DNA of 64,000 nt from Octopus vulgaris (lineage: Eukaryota): contig OX597822.1 in NCBI GenBank assembly GCA_951406725.2, positions 60,078,001 to 60,142,000 of the forward strand, written 5' to 3'. This document shows positions 1 to 11,405 of the stretch, piece by piece; the stretch's first letter is position 1; every line of letters starts with the position of its first letter. Under the pieces are notes generated by a model, which did no database searches, was not told the DNA's origin, and saw nothing but the letters and a program-made list of their open reading frames with translations. The position numbers were made by a program, and so were the translations under genes.

Positions 1-45
1 TATCTGCATGAGTTAAAGATTTGGATGTACTGCCATGATCATCAT
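1..45 (-). CDS. KIF28: Probable next kinesin exon, cut by the window edge: DDDHGSTSKSLTHAD...
   Basis: Strong acceptor (aatttcttttgtag|AT), phase 1 compatible, open to position 1; no diagnostic motif. Confidence 0.5.
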
Positions 46-100
46 CTACAAAAGAAATTAGGTTTTTAAAGTTCTTATAATATAAATGTAAATTGATTGA

Positions 101-272
101 CCCTTTAGCATTCAGATTACTCTGTCAAATGTAATGTTTATTTATTCATATTGCTTTGAATTAATCATGTATTATATTGTTTATTTTTAAAGGGACATTG
201 TAGGATAAGTGTGACAGGCCAGATTTGGCCAGTTTGAACATAAATCAGGTGGCTGCCTTATATGCTAAAGGG
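101..272. mobile_element. piggyBac-like MITE
   Basis: TIRs CCCTTTAGCAT / ATGCTAAAGGG flanked on both sides by TTGA (97-100, 273-276). Confidence 0.7.
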
Positions 273-849
273 TTGATTTTCTTACTATCAAAAGAAAAAA
301 CAGTGAACATATTCCAATATGTAAATAGCATGAACAATTTGTCTCACCAAATTGCTCAAATTATCTAAAAGTAAATTTTATAGCAAAGCTGATATTTTCT
401 TAGTCATACTAAATAGTAAATAAAAATGAGGACATCAGAATACAACTAGTCAGGTTTAATCAAAGATTTAAAAGTTAGCCTGTGGGCATTTTTATATGAT
501 ATTCACAGGTCTAACTTATTTTGCATGCTGATGATTCTAATAATCATTTTGATCTCAATGGCTCTTAATTTCTTCTGTTTCGTCTATGTTTACACAAAAG
601 TGAAAACTGTAATACTGAATTGCAGATATGTCAAACACAACATTCCAACAAATGAGAAGCAAGTAAATAAGTCCCCTCTGTTGTAGTTTTATTTTCAATA
701 AATAGCAGCAAAAATCTTCTTTAAATCATATATTAACTTGAAAACATGAATGATGATTAAGTTGGGTTGATCTATATGACAAAGGCAATACAAAATGAAT
801 AAGGCTGTGCAGCCAAGTAATACACTGCAGTGAAATAAACCAACAACGT

Positions 850-1452
850 ATCTTGTTTCAATCATTCGACTGAGGCCATTTTGATGCACTGCCTTGATGG
901 CTTTAGTCAAACAAATTGTCTCCAGTACTTTTTTTTTAAGGCTGGCACTTATTTTTTATTGGTCTTTTGCCTAACTGCTAAGTTACAGGGATGTAAATAA
1001 ACCATAACAGATTTCAGATAGTGGTGTGGTGGAGTAGATGAACAAAAACAAACACATTGGCAAGATATCTTGAAATAATACTGAATAATAACATTCATGC
1101 ATGCACACACACACACACACACACACGTACGTACGTACGTACGTACGTACGTACGTACATACATACATACATACATACATACATACATACATACATACAT
1201 ACATACATACATACATACATACATACATACATACATACATACATACATACATACATACATACATACATACATACATACATACATACATACATACATACAT
1301 ACATGAATGACTGGCTTCCATACTATTTATCAGATTTACTCTCGAGGTGTTGGTCATCTCAGGGCTAGAGTAGAAAACTCCTGCCCAAGGTGCTGTGCAG
1401 CAGGACTGAATCCAAAATCATATGGCTGCAAAGTAAGCTGCTTAGCCAAACG
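850..1452 (-). mobile_element. Old tRNA-derived SINE split by an R4/Dong 3' tail and microsatellite
   Basis: 850-1056 and 1305-1452 match the two halves of the SINE at 34656-35007 in reverse orientation. Confidence 0.7.
1097..1304. repeat. Compound microsatellite (CA)n(CGTA)n(CATA)n
   Basis: Directly visible; source of the spurious MYVC/HTYI ORFs. Confidence 0.98.
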
Positions 1453-1807
1453 GTAATTCCAGCAAATATCAGCGTGAGTAAATAACATATACAAGTATAA
1501 AAGATATGAAGAGGCAAATGACATTTTGTTATACAAGAAACATTTTTGCACTTTAAGTGTTCAAAATCATTAATATCAGTGAGTAAGTTCCATAATCCAA
1601 GATACATCAAATTATCTTCATTATTAAACATCTCCATTATGTTATGAGGCCAAGTCATTTTAACATAGCTGATCTCTTGCTAACTTATACAGTCAGAAGA
1701 AATTGCATACATTCATTATAGAATACTGCCACTTCATGCAGGACTGAGTTCTTACCTTGTAGTATAAATAAAGAAATACACATTCTCCCATACATACCCC
1801 TATTTAC

Positions 1808-1946
1808 CTTTCTCCTGTGAAATCAACTGAAGATTTGCATCTATCTCCTGTTGAGTTGTTGATTCAAATAAACTTTTTATTAGCTTTAAAGAGAGCTTCG
1901 TTTTCTCATGTTTTTCTGCTAATTCAATCATCTGTTTTATGGCATC
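1808..1946 (-). CDS. KIF28: Kinesin exon (C-terminal helix): DAIKQMIELAEKHEKTKLSLKLIKSLFESTTQQEIDANLQLISQEK
   Basis: ttaacag|GAT...AAA G|gtaaat; 139 nt. Confidence 0.82.
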
Positions 1947-2514
1947 CTGTTAAAGAAACAAGAAAAGCCATACTTTAATATACTTTTAAAGTTTTTCCCA
2001 AATCTTGAAACTTCGATATTTAATTTTATATTTATTTATGTTTTTCCTCAAAAGGGTATAATTTCAATTCCTAATATTAGTACATGTTAGAAGGAAGTCA
2101 TTTACACAGTACTTCACTGATATTTATCAAATCCAAAGCATTGAAAAGCAAAAGCAATGACAACCGGACATATTTTTCATTTATTTAGTTTATATCACAA
2201 TTGGTGTCTTGTCCTGATATGAAGAGATAGTTCCATGTTGATAAGTCTGAATTGATGAGCACACTTCCAGTCACAGCTGTTTTTCTCTTTCAGCTCTGTA
2301 AATTTATGCCTTGTCTCTATATAAGTAAATACTTGTCTAGATAAGGAAGATCTGTAGAGATGGTCAAAACTGGACACGACTTATGGTTTTCAGATTTGCT
2401 CCACTTAGTTCTGAGTTCAAATCCTTCTGCAGTCAACTGATTCTTTTTACTGGAACTAATCACTTTGCTAATCTGAAGAAACCAACAGCTTTTACAAACT
2501 TTTTACAAACATAT

Positions 2515-2537
2515 AGACACACAGACACACACACACA

Positions 2538-2581
<44 letters not shown>

Positions 2582-2717
2582 GTATGTATGTATATATATA
2601 TATGTATATAGATATGTGTGTGTGTATGTCTGTATGTATGTATGTATGTATGTATGATGTATGTATGTATGTATGTATATATGTATGTATGTATGCATGC
2701 ATGTATGTATGTATATA
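2515..2717. repeat. Compound (CA)/(TA)/(TATG) microsatellite
   Basis: Directly visible. Confidence 0.95.
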
Positions 2718-3919
2718 ATTAAGAGAAATAACCTCCATTAAGCAATTCAATACTGAAAGACATTATTTATACCATATAGAAAAAATTTGAATATGCTATA
2801 ATAAATATTCAAAAATCAATAAATTAAATAAACATTAAATTGACTACGCGTGTTTTGTGACTATATCTTCAAATCGATAATAATAAAATTAATATTATTA
2901 AAATTCGAAATAATAACTATAGAATAAATAGATATAAATATGTATTTTAGCTGTGAAAATAATAAAATGTATTTTAGCTGTGAAAATAAGAAATAAACTA
3001 GATGTAATATACCATTTACTGGAAAATTCTAAATTCATGATATTGAGGCAAAGGAAAATTACTCATCTTGGACGATAATAAGAAAACAGGATGGCACAAA
3101 GAACAACTGGTTAAGAAACGCTGTTAGAAATAGCAGTCAAAACACCCTAGTTGAAAGAAGAAATAACGAGTAGCGAACTCGGAATTTTTTTCAATAGCAG
3201 AAGATGAAAACAGAAGAATTATGGCCAATGGTGTGAATAATCCAGGTGGCATGCAGGAAAATTTTCTGTCCATGTGAAATCTGGAGAAAATCCTGGTAAT
3301 ATTTTTTCTTTTTTTTATAAGCAAGAAGAAAATTCTCTGGGACACTGTGTCTTCGAATGACTGAGTTGTAAGTTCGATTACAACCTGAGGAAAAATGATT
3401 TGCAGTTTCCCTCTTGAAAATGGTGCCAAAATTTTCCTGATGAAGAAGACAATATGGCGACAAGAAACATCAGTGGTGTTCCTATATGATGAGAGGTGAT
3501 TTGGTTGCATAGCCAAAGTCACAAAGGAGAAAAGGGTATACGTATTCATTGGTCTGTATTTGCTTGGTGTCCACCATTTTAGAGGAATAAGTCCATTTCC
3601 CATGTTGGGTTACCATTTTAGAAGTCTGTGCTCATGCTGGAGTCACCATTTTAGATGGTGTTGGTCATCGTTGAGCCACCTAACATGACTCTCAGAAGGC
3701 TGTAATCTCGCTGGTAGTAAACCCAGGTGACATGTTTATTGTGGCCACACGCAAAAAACAACAACAACATGAGGATGTAGTACATGTAAAGTATTAGCAG
3801 ATGCCCAGGGAAGGAAAGAAAGATGGTTTAACGTTTTGACCAAACATACTTCTTCAGAAACAGAGTAAAGTCCAATAGAAAGGAAGACATGGGAAGAAAA
3901 TCACCAATGATTTACATGT

Positions 3920-3961
<42 letters not shown>

Positions 3962-3964
<3 letters not shown>

Positions 3965-4746
3965 AATAATAAAAGGGTAAAACTAATTAATTATTAATTA
4001 ATTTTACCAAGTAGTGTTCAGTATGTAAAAAGACCATTTACGGTATATTTGAAACATTACATTATAAAAATAGGGTTCAGTAAAATAATTTACTTTACCA
4101 CACACCAAACTTTTTAGAAATAGCAGCCAAAAATCTTAGCTATTTCTTCTACTGTAAGAAAAATCTCCCAGACAATGCATACTCAAAAATAACTCACACA
4201 GGTATAGAGGGAAAAATAACGAAAGGTCACACGTCTATAAGATTACCTGAGAACAGGCCCGTTTCTGGATTAGTTGATTATAAAGATCAGCACTTCCTTC
4301 GTCAGCTCAAAGATTTCTTAGATTTGGATTTGAAAGTACTAAAAATTAAACATACCCGTCTGGTATGAGTAATCCCAGACAAACCATATTAGACTGCCAA
4401 TACCAACGAATTCAAAAATACAAGTGAGGCCTCGCATTCGTCCCCTTCCTCCCACGTGGGTTACAGAGTGATACATTTCTACAGAGAGAACTGTAGTTAA
4501 AATTTCAGGGAGAGAGAATTATATTGTCAATAATAAAAGGGTAAAACTAATTAATTATTAATTAATTTTACCAAGTAGTGTTCAGTATGTAAAAAGACCA
4601 TTTACGGTATATTTGAAACATTACATTATAAAAATAGGGTTCAGTAAAATAATTTACTTTACCACACACCAAACTTTTTAGAAATAGCAGCCAAAAATCT
4701 TAGCTATTTCTTCCCATACTGAACACTACTTGGTAAAATTAATTAA
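3962..4746 (-). mobile_element. Non-coding Penelope-like element: 188-bp direct repeats (3962-4149, 4526-4713) plus a short inverted copy (4715-4746)
   Basis: Direct repeats with no differences seen, 564-bp period, inverted terminal segment, internal hammerhead motif, adjacent to (TA)n at 3921-3960. Confidence 0.7.
4246..4311 (-). ncRNA. Minimal type I hammerhead ribozyme motif (Penelope-associated variant)
   Basis: Minus strand reads UUUGAG-CUGACGA-A-GGA...UCC-A-GAAAC-G-GGCC-U-GUU-CUCAGG: 6-bp stem I, intact core, short stem III with palindromic GGCC loop. Confidence 0.65.
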
Positions 4747-5163
4747 AAAAACAGACAATGTTACACAAATATAAATACAATAAAAAATACAATAAAAATA
4801 ATAACAGGACATAACAACAGGTGTCTTTCTACTAAGGACGAATTGAATTAAGCTGGTGCATATGGAAATGAAGCCTTACAGCAGAGATACAAAACTTTCA
4901 CAATAACAGAGAAGAATATTGATGTTGCACGGACAATGGTCAGACCAAGAAAGAAAGGGCAGGCTTGGCCGATCAGTCACGTGGAAAAGAAGAGAGAGAA
5001 GTAGATGCAGAGGGACAGAAGAATTAAGGAGGGGCGAGAAAAAATGACAGAGACACAGTGAAGTGAAAAGTGGAGGGAAAGTGAGTAAGAAGAGAAGGCA
5101 TATTTTTATATATATTTATAGCAATGTGACTTTATTTATATAAAGCATTATAACAATTATTAC

Positions 5164-5244
5164 CAGTTTTGTTTCCTGTTTTCTTTGTTTTCTCTTTAAT
5201 ATATGAAGTTCCATTAAAAATTTTGCCTGATTTGCTCTTGGCTC
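5164..5244 (-). CDS. KIF28: Kinesin exon: EPRANQAKFLMELHILKRKQRKQETKL
   Basis: ttcctttag|GAG...CTG|gtaata; 81 nt, phase 0 to 0. Confidence 0.8.
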
Positions 5245-5680
5245 CTAAAGGAAAAAAAGTTATTAACAAACTTACTTCTTTTAAGAGTCAATTTATAAGA
5301 AATTTTAGAAAAATTTCAAAACTATTCAGATATTTTAAAGAATTAATTTACATTATCAAATTGCATAGAGTTCTAAAGTGTTATGTCTATGTTGTTAAGC
5401 AGTCTGTTTTGTATTGATGCTAATGATATTCTGAGTTCAATCTCACTGCATAGCACATTGGGCAGATGTTTTCTACCCCTTGGTTCAGGTCTATCATAGA
5501 CTTGTGAACAAATTTTGGTTACAAACTAGAATGAAGTTGATAAAATAATTGCCAAATAAAGTGTTGGTGTCAAAGTGATGCTTCAACAATAATGATACTC
5601 ACTAAAGAATATTAAAATATGAAATTTACTAAAATTATTTCAATATAATCAAACACCAAATAAAATGTAAAATTATTTAC

Positions 5681-5809
5681 AATATCTTCTGATTGTTGGA
5701 CTGGTTCACTTATTGAAGGAACTTGTGTCATGTCATTGTCTTTCTTGGAACTTCTATGACATCCCCATAACTTTATGGTAATTGTTTCAGAGGTTAAGTA
5801 ATCAATAAG
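5681..5809 (-). CDS. KIF28: Kinesin exon: LIDYLTSETITIKLWGCHRSSKKDNDMTQVPSISEPVQQSEDI
   Basis: ttttacag|CTT...ATT|gtaaat; 129 nt; L.DYL....I..WG motif. Confidence 0.85.
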
Positions 5810-5950
5810 CTGTAAAAGTGAATAAAATTATTATACTATGTTCTTATATACTTCAATAATGGTTAAAGATAAAAATTATCATCAAGGCTTAATTCTTTAA
5901 CAAATACAATGATTTTTAGATTTTGAAATTCTAAATATGTTACCTACATA

Positions 5951-7065
5951 CGAGGTAGTATCAAGAAGTTTCCAGACTAGTACAGATGGCAATACATGGT
6001 TGTGTATAGAGTGGGAGCTAGCAGTGACCTTCACAAGGCAGTATGCGAAGTGACATTGCTGTGTTTACTTTGCAAGTTGTGACATTTGTGTTTTTGTGAT
6101 CATGTGTATGCTGTAGTCTGTGATTTTTGTCATGGGCAGGAAGTTGGAACAAAGAGCATACTTTGACAAGCTTATAGCAATGAGGTGATGAGGCAATGGG
6201 TCATATGCAATGTTTTAAGTGGCACAAGTGCTTCAAAAGTGGAAGAACATTCCTGAAAGCTGATGAGAAATATGGAAGACCTGCCACATGCGTCACACCC
6301 AGGAATATGGAGAAAATTCATCAGCTTATGTATGAGGATCGTTGAAGGACAACCAATGACATTGCTGATGTTTTTGGTCTGTTGTATGAGTCTGTGCAGG
6401 CAATCCTAACGTCTGAATTGAACATGTGGTGTGTCTCTGCCAAGTTTGTCCCCTGCCTGCTGACCACTGAGCAGAAAGAACATCACATCAAAGTCTGTCA
6501 AGATATCCATAAACATGCTACTAATGACCCATCCTTCATGTCAAGGATCATCGCTGGTGATGGAAGTTGGGTCTATGGGTACAACCCTGAGATGAAGCAA
6601 CAGTTGTCTCAGTGGAATAGATTTTCATCTCCGTAGCCAAAGAAGGCATGACAGAGCCGCAGCTCAATCAAAAGCATGCTCAATTTCCTTTTTTGACATT
6701 CATAGTATTGTGCATTGAGAATTCATCATTCGGAGCCAGACCATTAATTGAGAGTTCTACTGCAACATTTTGAAGCATTTGAGGAAGGACATTTGGCAAA
6801 AGTGACCAGATGTGTGGAGTGCAAAGAATTGGATTCTTCATGACAATGATGCACCGTGTCATTGAGCTCTCCTCACTCACGAATTTTTCACCAAAAACAA
6901 CATAGTATCACTTCCACACCCATTCTATTCACCAGATTTAACACCTGCAGACTTCCATCTCTTCCCCAAGATGAAAATACAGCTTAAAGGTTGTTATTTC
7001 AATACCATTGTCAAGATCCAGAGTGAATTGCAGAAGGTCCTCAACTCGCTTATGGAAAATGAATT
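5951..7065 (+). mobile_element. Degenerate mariner (DD34D-type) transposon, right end lost
   Basis: TA plus CGAGGTAGTATCAAGAAGTTTCCAGACT TIR; ORF 6382..6636 (AKFVPCLLT...GDGSWVYGYNPE), then HDND and YSPDL motifs; stops and frameshifts. Confidence 0.9.
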
Positions 7066-7342
7066 GAATGAAAAGTAAAGTATAAATAAAAGTGTTTACC
7101 ATAAATAAGCTTTAGCAAAAGAATTTTTTTAAATAAATTCCAGCTACACAAATAAAAACTTCATAAACAGAAATAAAAAGAAAATAGTTAACTACTTGTT
7201 TATTCACTTCATCTTCTTGCAAATAGAAAAGAACTCTAAAAAACTTTTAATGAAATTTGTTAGCTTTTCTAGTAAAATAACCAACCTTTGTTTTTGCATC
7301 TGATTTGCAAGATTCTTTATGTGAATTCGTGATTTGAAATAA

Positions 7343-7708
7343 ATTTTGTTGTGTCTAGGAAGAGGCATTATGTTGATATTATTAACACACACACTAGTTC
7401 AATTCCACTCCTTTATTATTAGTCAATTGGTTAAATATTCGACTAACTAACTAATTGTTTGTTTAATTTGGTTAGTCATTTGTTTTGCAGCCTCCATAAC
7501 AGATTAAGTCAAAAGTCATTGAAAAGGTTGAAAGTAGTAATGAAAGAGCTTTGACAAACAAAAACAAAACAATATAATCAAATTAAACAAACAAACAAAT
7601 GATTAGTTAGTTAAATATTTAATCAATTGACTAATAATAAAGGAATGGAATTGTACCAGGGTGTGTGTTAATAATATTGGGATAATGACTCTCTAGACAC
7701 AGCAAAAT
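7343..7708. repeat. Fold-back (MITE-like) inverted repeat, arms about 130 bp
   Basis: 7343-7470 is an imperfect reverse complement of about 7580-7708. Confidence 0.8.
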
Positions 7709-8159
7709 CGACCTTTAATAAAAAAGGCAATAATCCACACTGAATATCAACCATTACTAACATCACTTATTCAGAACATAATATACAATTACTAAATGTT
7801 ACATTGTGGAAGTTAATATAATATGAAGCAAAAGTCATTTAATATACTTTAAATAAATCTGATTCATCAGTATTTGTTACAGCTTAATAATGCACATCTC
7901 TTTCTTCCAGCAAATATTTTTTCAAGAAGAGAGTGTAAATTAGATAAGTTGCACTCATGGGAAAGGAGGTTTAAATAATGTATTTAATATGAGATCTGAG
8001 AAAATGATACAGTGTAGAGGTAACAAGAAGACAAACGGATAGGGATAATAGATCTAGTATATTTTAAATAGCAAAAGCTTTTGTACTAACAACAGAAATA
8101 CCATGAATAACAGCATGGTGTTAAGACTAGTACATGGAATTTCTTCCCTAAGTCTTCTA

Positions 8160-9600
8160 CAAATCTGCTACAAGGACTAGGTCATCAATATATGAGACAG
8201 ACAGTTTTCAATTCCTGTTATGGTTTGCAGGACTATAATAAATAGGAGAAGGCTGATAACTAAGCCTAGGTGAACTTCTTCCTACATACAAAATTTCTTC
8301 ATTGCCAACTCTCACTCTGCTGACAGCACTTTTGTACTCTCACAAACCATTCATCTTAGTTTTCTTGAGAACCACTAAAACTACAAATCATTGTACCATA
8401 TTAAAGGCCTTCTTCATATCAATAAATGCTTGGTAGGGAAGCTTATCCTTGGAGTTAAAACCCTCTTGTAGTTGCCACACTAGGAAGAGAGCATCAATAA
8501 TACCCTGAGTTGGTACAAATCTGAACTGTATCTTATCTAATTCTCTTTCTAATCAACTTTTTAACACTTTCTGTTACTTTCATAATTTGGCCTATCAGTT
8601 AGATATTTTTGCAGTTGCTTGTCACTAAAGTATCTTCTTTGCTCTGCAAAATGGATCACTGGATATGATATCTCCTTGTTTTACTAAATTGGCAATGCAA
8701 GTGACTATTTTACTTGAGCATTACATTGCAAAATATTTTCAATGTTAACAATGTATTTTTTGAGCCTACTGCTACCCCATCATCTTATTCTTAATGGCCA
8801 TTTGACTATATAACAGTCCACTTAAAAACACTTTGGTGTATGAGTAGTAGTTCTCACATATTTTCTATATTTAGCAACTTCACATAATATCATTTTCAAG
8901 CCTCCCTGACTGTCAGAGGACGTGCACTACTGTCACCTTGAACACACTTTTTCCAATAATGCCTTGATTAACCCTAAAACATTGCTTCACAATCTGTAAT
9001 ACTTCACACTTCTGATCCTCTTGTAGCAGAACATTAACAAACCACCTGCTTTCTAATTCTTTGTATATTATACATATGTTTGCTACTCTCTTTTTTCTAG
9101 TCTTTCCAGACCTATATTTTAGGTTTTATGGATCTATCTGCAGCACTGTTCCACCACCATATTGCCTTACATCTGGGTGGAACCTTGCTCCTGCACAGGT
9201 GTGGTTTGTAACTTTCAGCAGGGTGTGTAACAGGAACTCTCAGTTATCCTCTGTCTCCTCCTCCTTATCATTTATATCACCTAGAAATCATTCTGAAAAA
9301 TATCAATTAGAAGAATATTTCAGTATCTACACTTTCCTTCACTAGAATATACTTTATCGCTCAGTCTAGCTCTTATTCTGAAGTCACTAATCAGTGACCT
9401 AAATTGGGTGGTACATTCTTCAGTAAAGAAAGACTTAGTACTTACTACCATCTGTCTATTCCCATTTACCTATGGGATATCAAGTCTATATGACTAGTAT
9501 GTTCACCTCAATGGACGGTGAACAAGTGTTGGCTAATTCATTTGCATCACAGAACTCCATAAGTTTTGATCACTTTCCCATTCCTACAACCATATCCATA
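8160..9600 (-). mobile_element. Highly degenerate RTE LINE fragment
   Basis: 8400-8530 is reverse-homologous to the RT segment at 19930-20065 (DAIFLVRQLQE/AFIDMEKAF); further patches match 46000-47000. Confidence 0.6.
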
Positions 9601-9720
9601 GTCATCAAGTAATCTGGAGTAGCTATTATGAATATACACTAAAATTATATCAAACAGTTAGGGTTAGGGTTAGGGTTACTTTGTCAATTTTAACAATATA
9701 TTATAGAATTAGAACTTTAC

Positions 9721-9846
9721 TTGTTTTGTCACCATTTTAAATGAAAACATCTTAGAAAAATTCCATTTTGGATTCACTGTTCCTGAAATCTTATCAGTTT
9801 TGTGTTCTGTTTCACCTAGATATACTTTAAAAGAGCAGTACATGTC
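9721..9846 (-). CDS. KIF28: Kinesin exon (C2-like): DMYCSFKVYLGETEHKTDKISGTVNPKWNFSKMFSFKMVTKQ
   Basis: aaacag|GAC...CAA|gtaaag; 126 nt; KT..I.GT.NP.W motif typical of C2 domains. Confidence 0.9.
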
Positions 9847-10181
9847 CTGTTTGAAAGGAAAAAAGAACAATAATGTGTAGCATTTAATGAAATAAATTTC
9901 ATTAGATATTTAGCAATATCTGTTTATGAAACATGCATAATTAAAATAGTCTGAACTATTAAAGCATCACACATATCTCTATAGTTAATTCTTTGGGCAA
10001 GATATAGTTAAGAAGTTTATAACTATAAACATTATTCAATTTTAGAACTGTATTTTCTAATGACTCCCTCATTCTCTCTTGCTCTCTCTCTCTCTCCCTC
10101 CCTCTCTCTCTCTCTCTCTCTCTCACAATCTTATTGAATCTATCCAACTGCTTCTATAAGTGAGCTATTATTTAATCATTA

Positions 10182-11405
10182 AAAGAGGAAATCAAAAGTT
10201 ATCTGTACTTTTGCCAAAATTTTCTTTATATTGACAACACTACATTCAGCACTAGTATGTGATTAGGTAACCAGGATTTGACCTTAATTGCTCCAGTTTT
10301 CCTTCTTGTGTTACAGAATAAACATGGTTGCTCTGCTGGCAGTATGCACCAAAGAAGAACAGAGATCAGTGCTCCAATTTCTCTGTTCTGAAGGTGTGTC
10401 ATCACAGGCATTCAGTACAATATGGGGGCATTGCTCTACTGCATAGAAGTGTGTATAACTGGACAAGTGTGATGCATGAAGACAGAACAGGATGCCCATC
10501 AACCTCTACTGCAGATGTGAAGATTCAGCAAGTTCAAGAGATGGTGCTGGTGAACTGAGTGTTCCTTGGAAATTAGTTATAGTTCTGCAGATGAAATCAT
10601 CTATGACAAGCTTCACTGGCATAAAGTTTGTATGAGATGGGTACCAAGAGAGCTTATTAAGACATATAAGCACAATCATGCGATGATCTCTCAATGCTTA
10701 CTCGACTGTTGCAACCATGAAGGTGGAGCTTTTTTGGAGAGAATAGCCAAATGAGATGTGACCTGGATCCATCATTTTGAATTGGAATCCAAAAGGTAGA
10801 GTATGAAGTGAAAACACCCAGAATTGCCAGTGAAAAAGAAGTTCAATACTCAATCTTCTGCAGCAAAAGTGATGCTAACTGCTTTTGTGATGCAATAGGG
10901 CCTATAGTGAACATTACCTGGAAAAGGAGTCTACAATCACCAGTATTGGCTACAATAAAATACTGGCTAACAAAATGAAACAAGCAATTCACACCAAATG
11001 CCGAGGTCTGTTGTCAAAGCAAGTATTATTGTTGCATGACAATGCATGCACACATATAGCTGGCCACATCATTAAAACCTTTATAAAATTGGATTTATAT
11101 CTGCTGAAACAACCTGCATGTAATCCAGATCCCACCCCTTCCAACTATCACCTCTTTGGACTGCTCAAACATCTTTTACAAGGTCATTGATTTGCTATGG
11201 GTGAAGAAGTACAAGAAATGTGCATAAATGGCAGCAAGAACTAGCTGAAAACCTTCTTTGATTGAATAAAAAGCTTGTGGACCATAGGAAGAAGTACATT
11301 GAAAAACAAGAAAACCACATCGAAAAAGGGTGTAATTGTTCAACCCTGCTTTTGTTTTAATAAATTATACAAATGGAAGTTTGTATAATTTTTGATTCAC
11401 TCTCA
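10182..11405 (+). mobile_element. Degenerate mariner transposon, second family, near full length
   Basis: Fragments KVCMRWVPREL, LLLHDNACTH, PACNPDPTPSNYHLFG; degenerate TIRs (ATCAAAAGTTAT / ATAATTTTTGAT). Confidence 0.85.

Noticed and set aside
949-1368. Overlapping ORFs of MYVC/HTYI repeats (also 2383-2750, 58382-58755, 61665-61877)
   Set aside because: Translations of tetranucleotide microsatellites, not genes
3124-3603. 159-aa minus ORF in the 2720-3900 repeat block
   Set aside because: No recognisable motif or fitting splice phase; lies in probable Penelope-like non-coding sequence
9657-9678. (TTAGGG)3 as a telomere or chromosome-fusion relic
   Set aside because: Too short; similar tracts are carried by a MITE in this window (48605-48657), so probably transposon-derived
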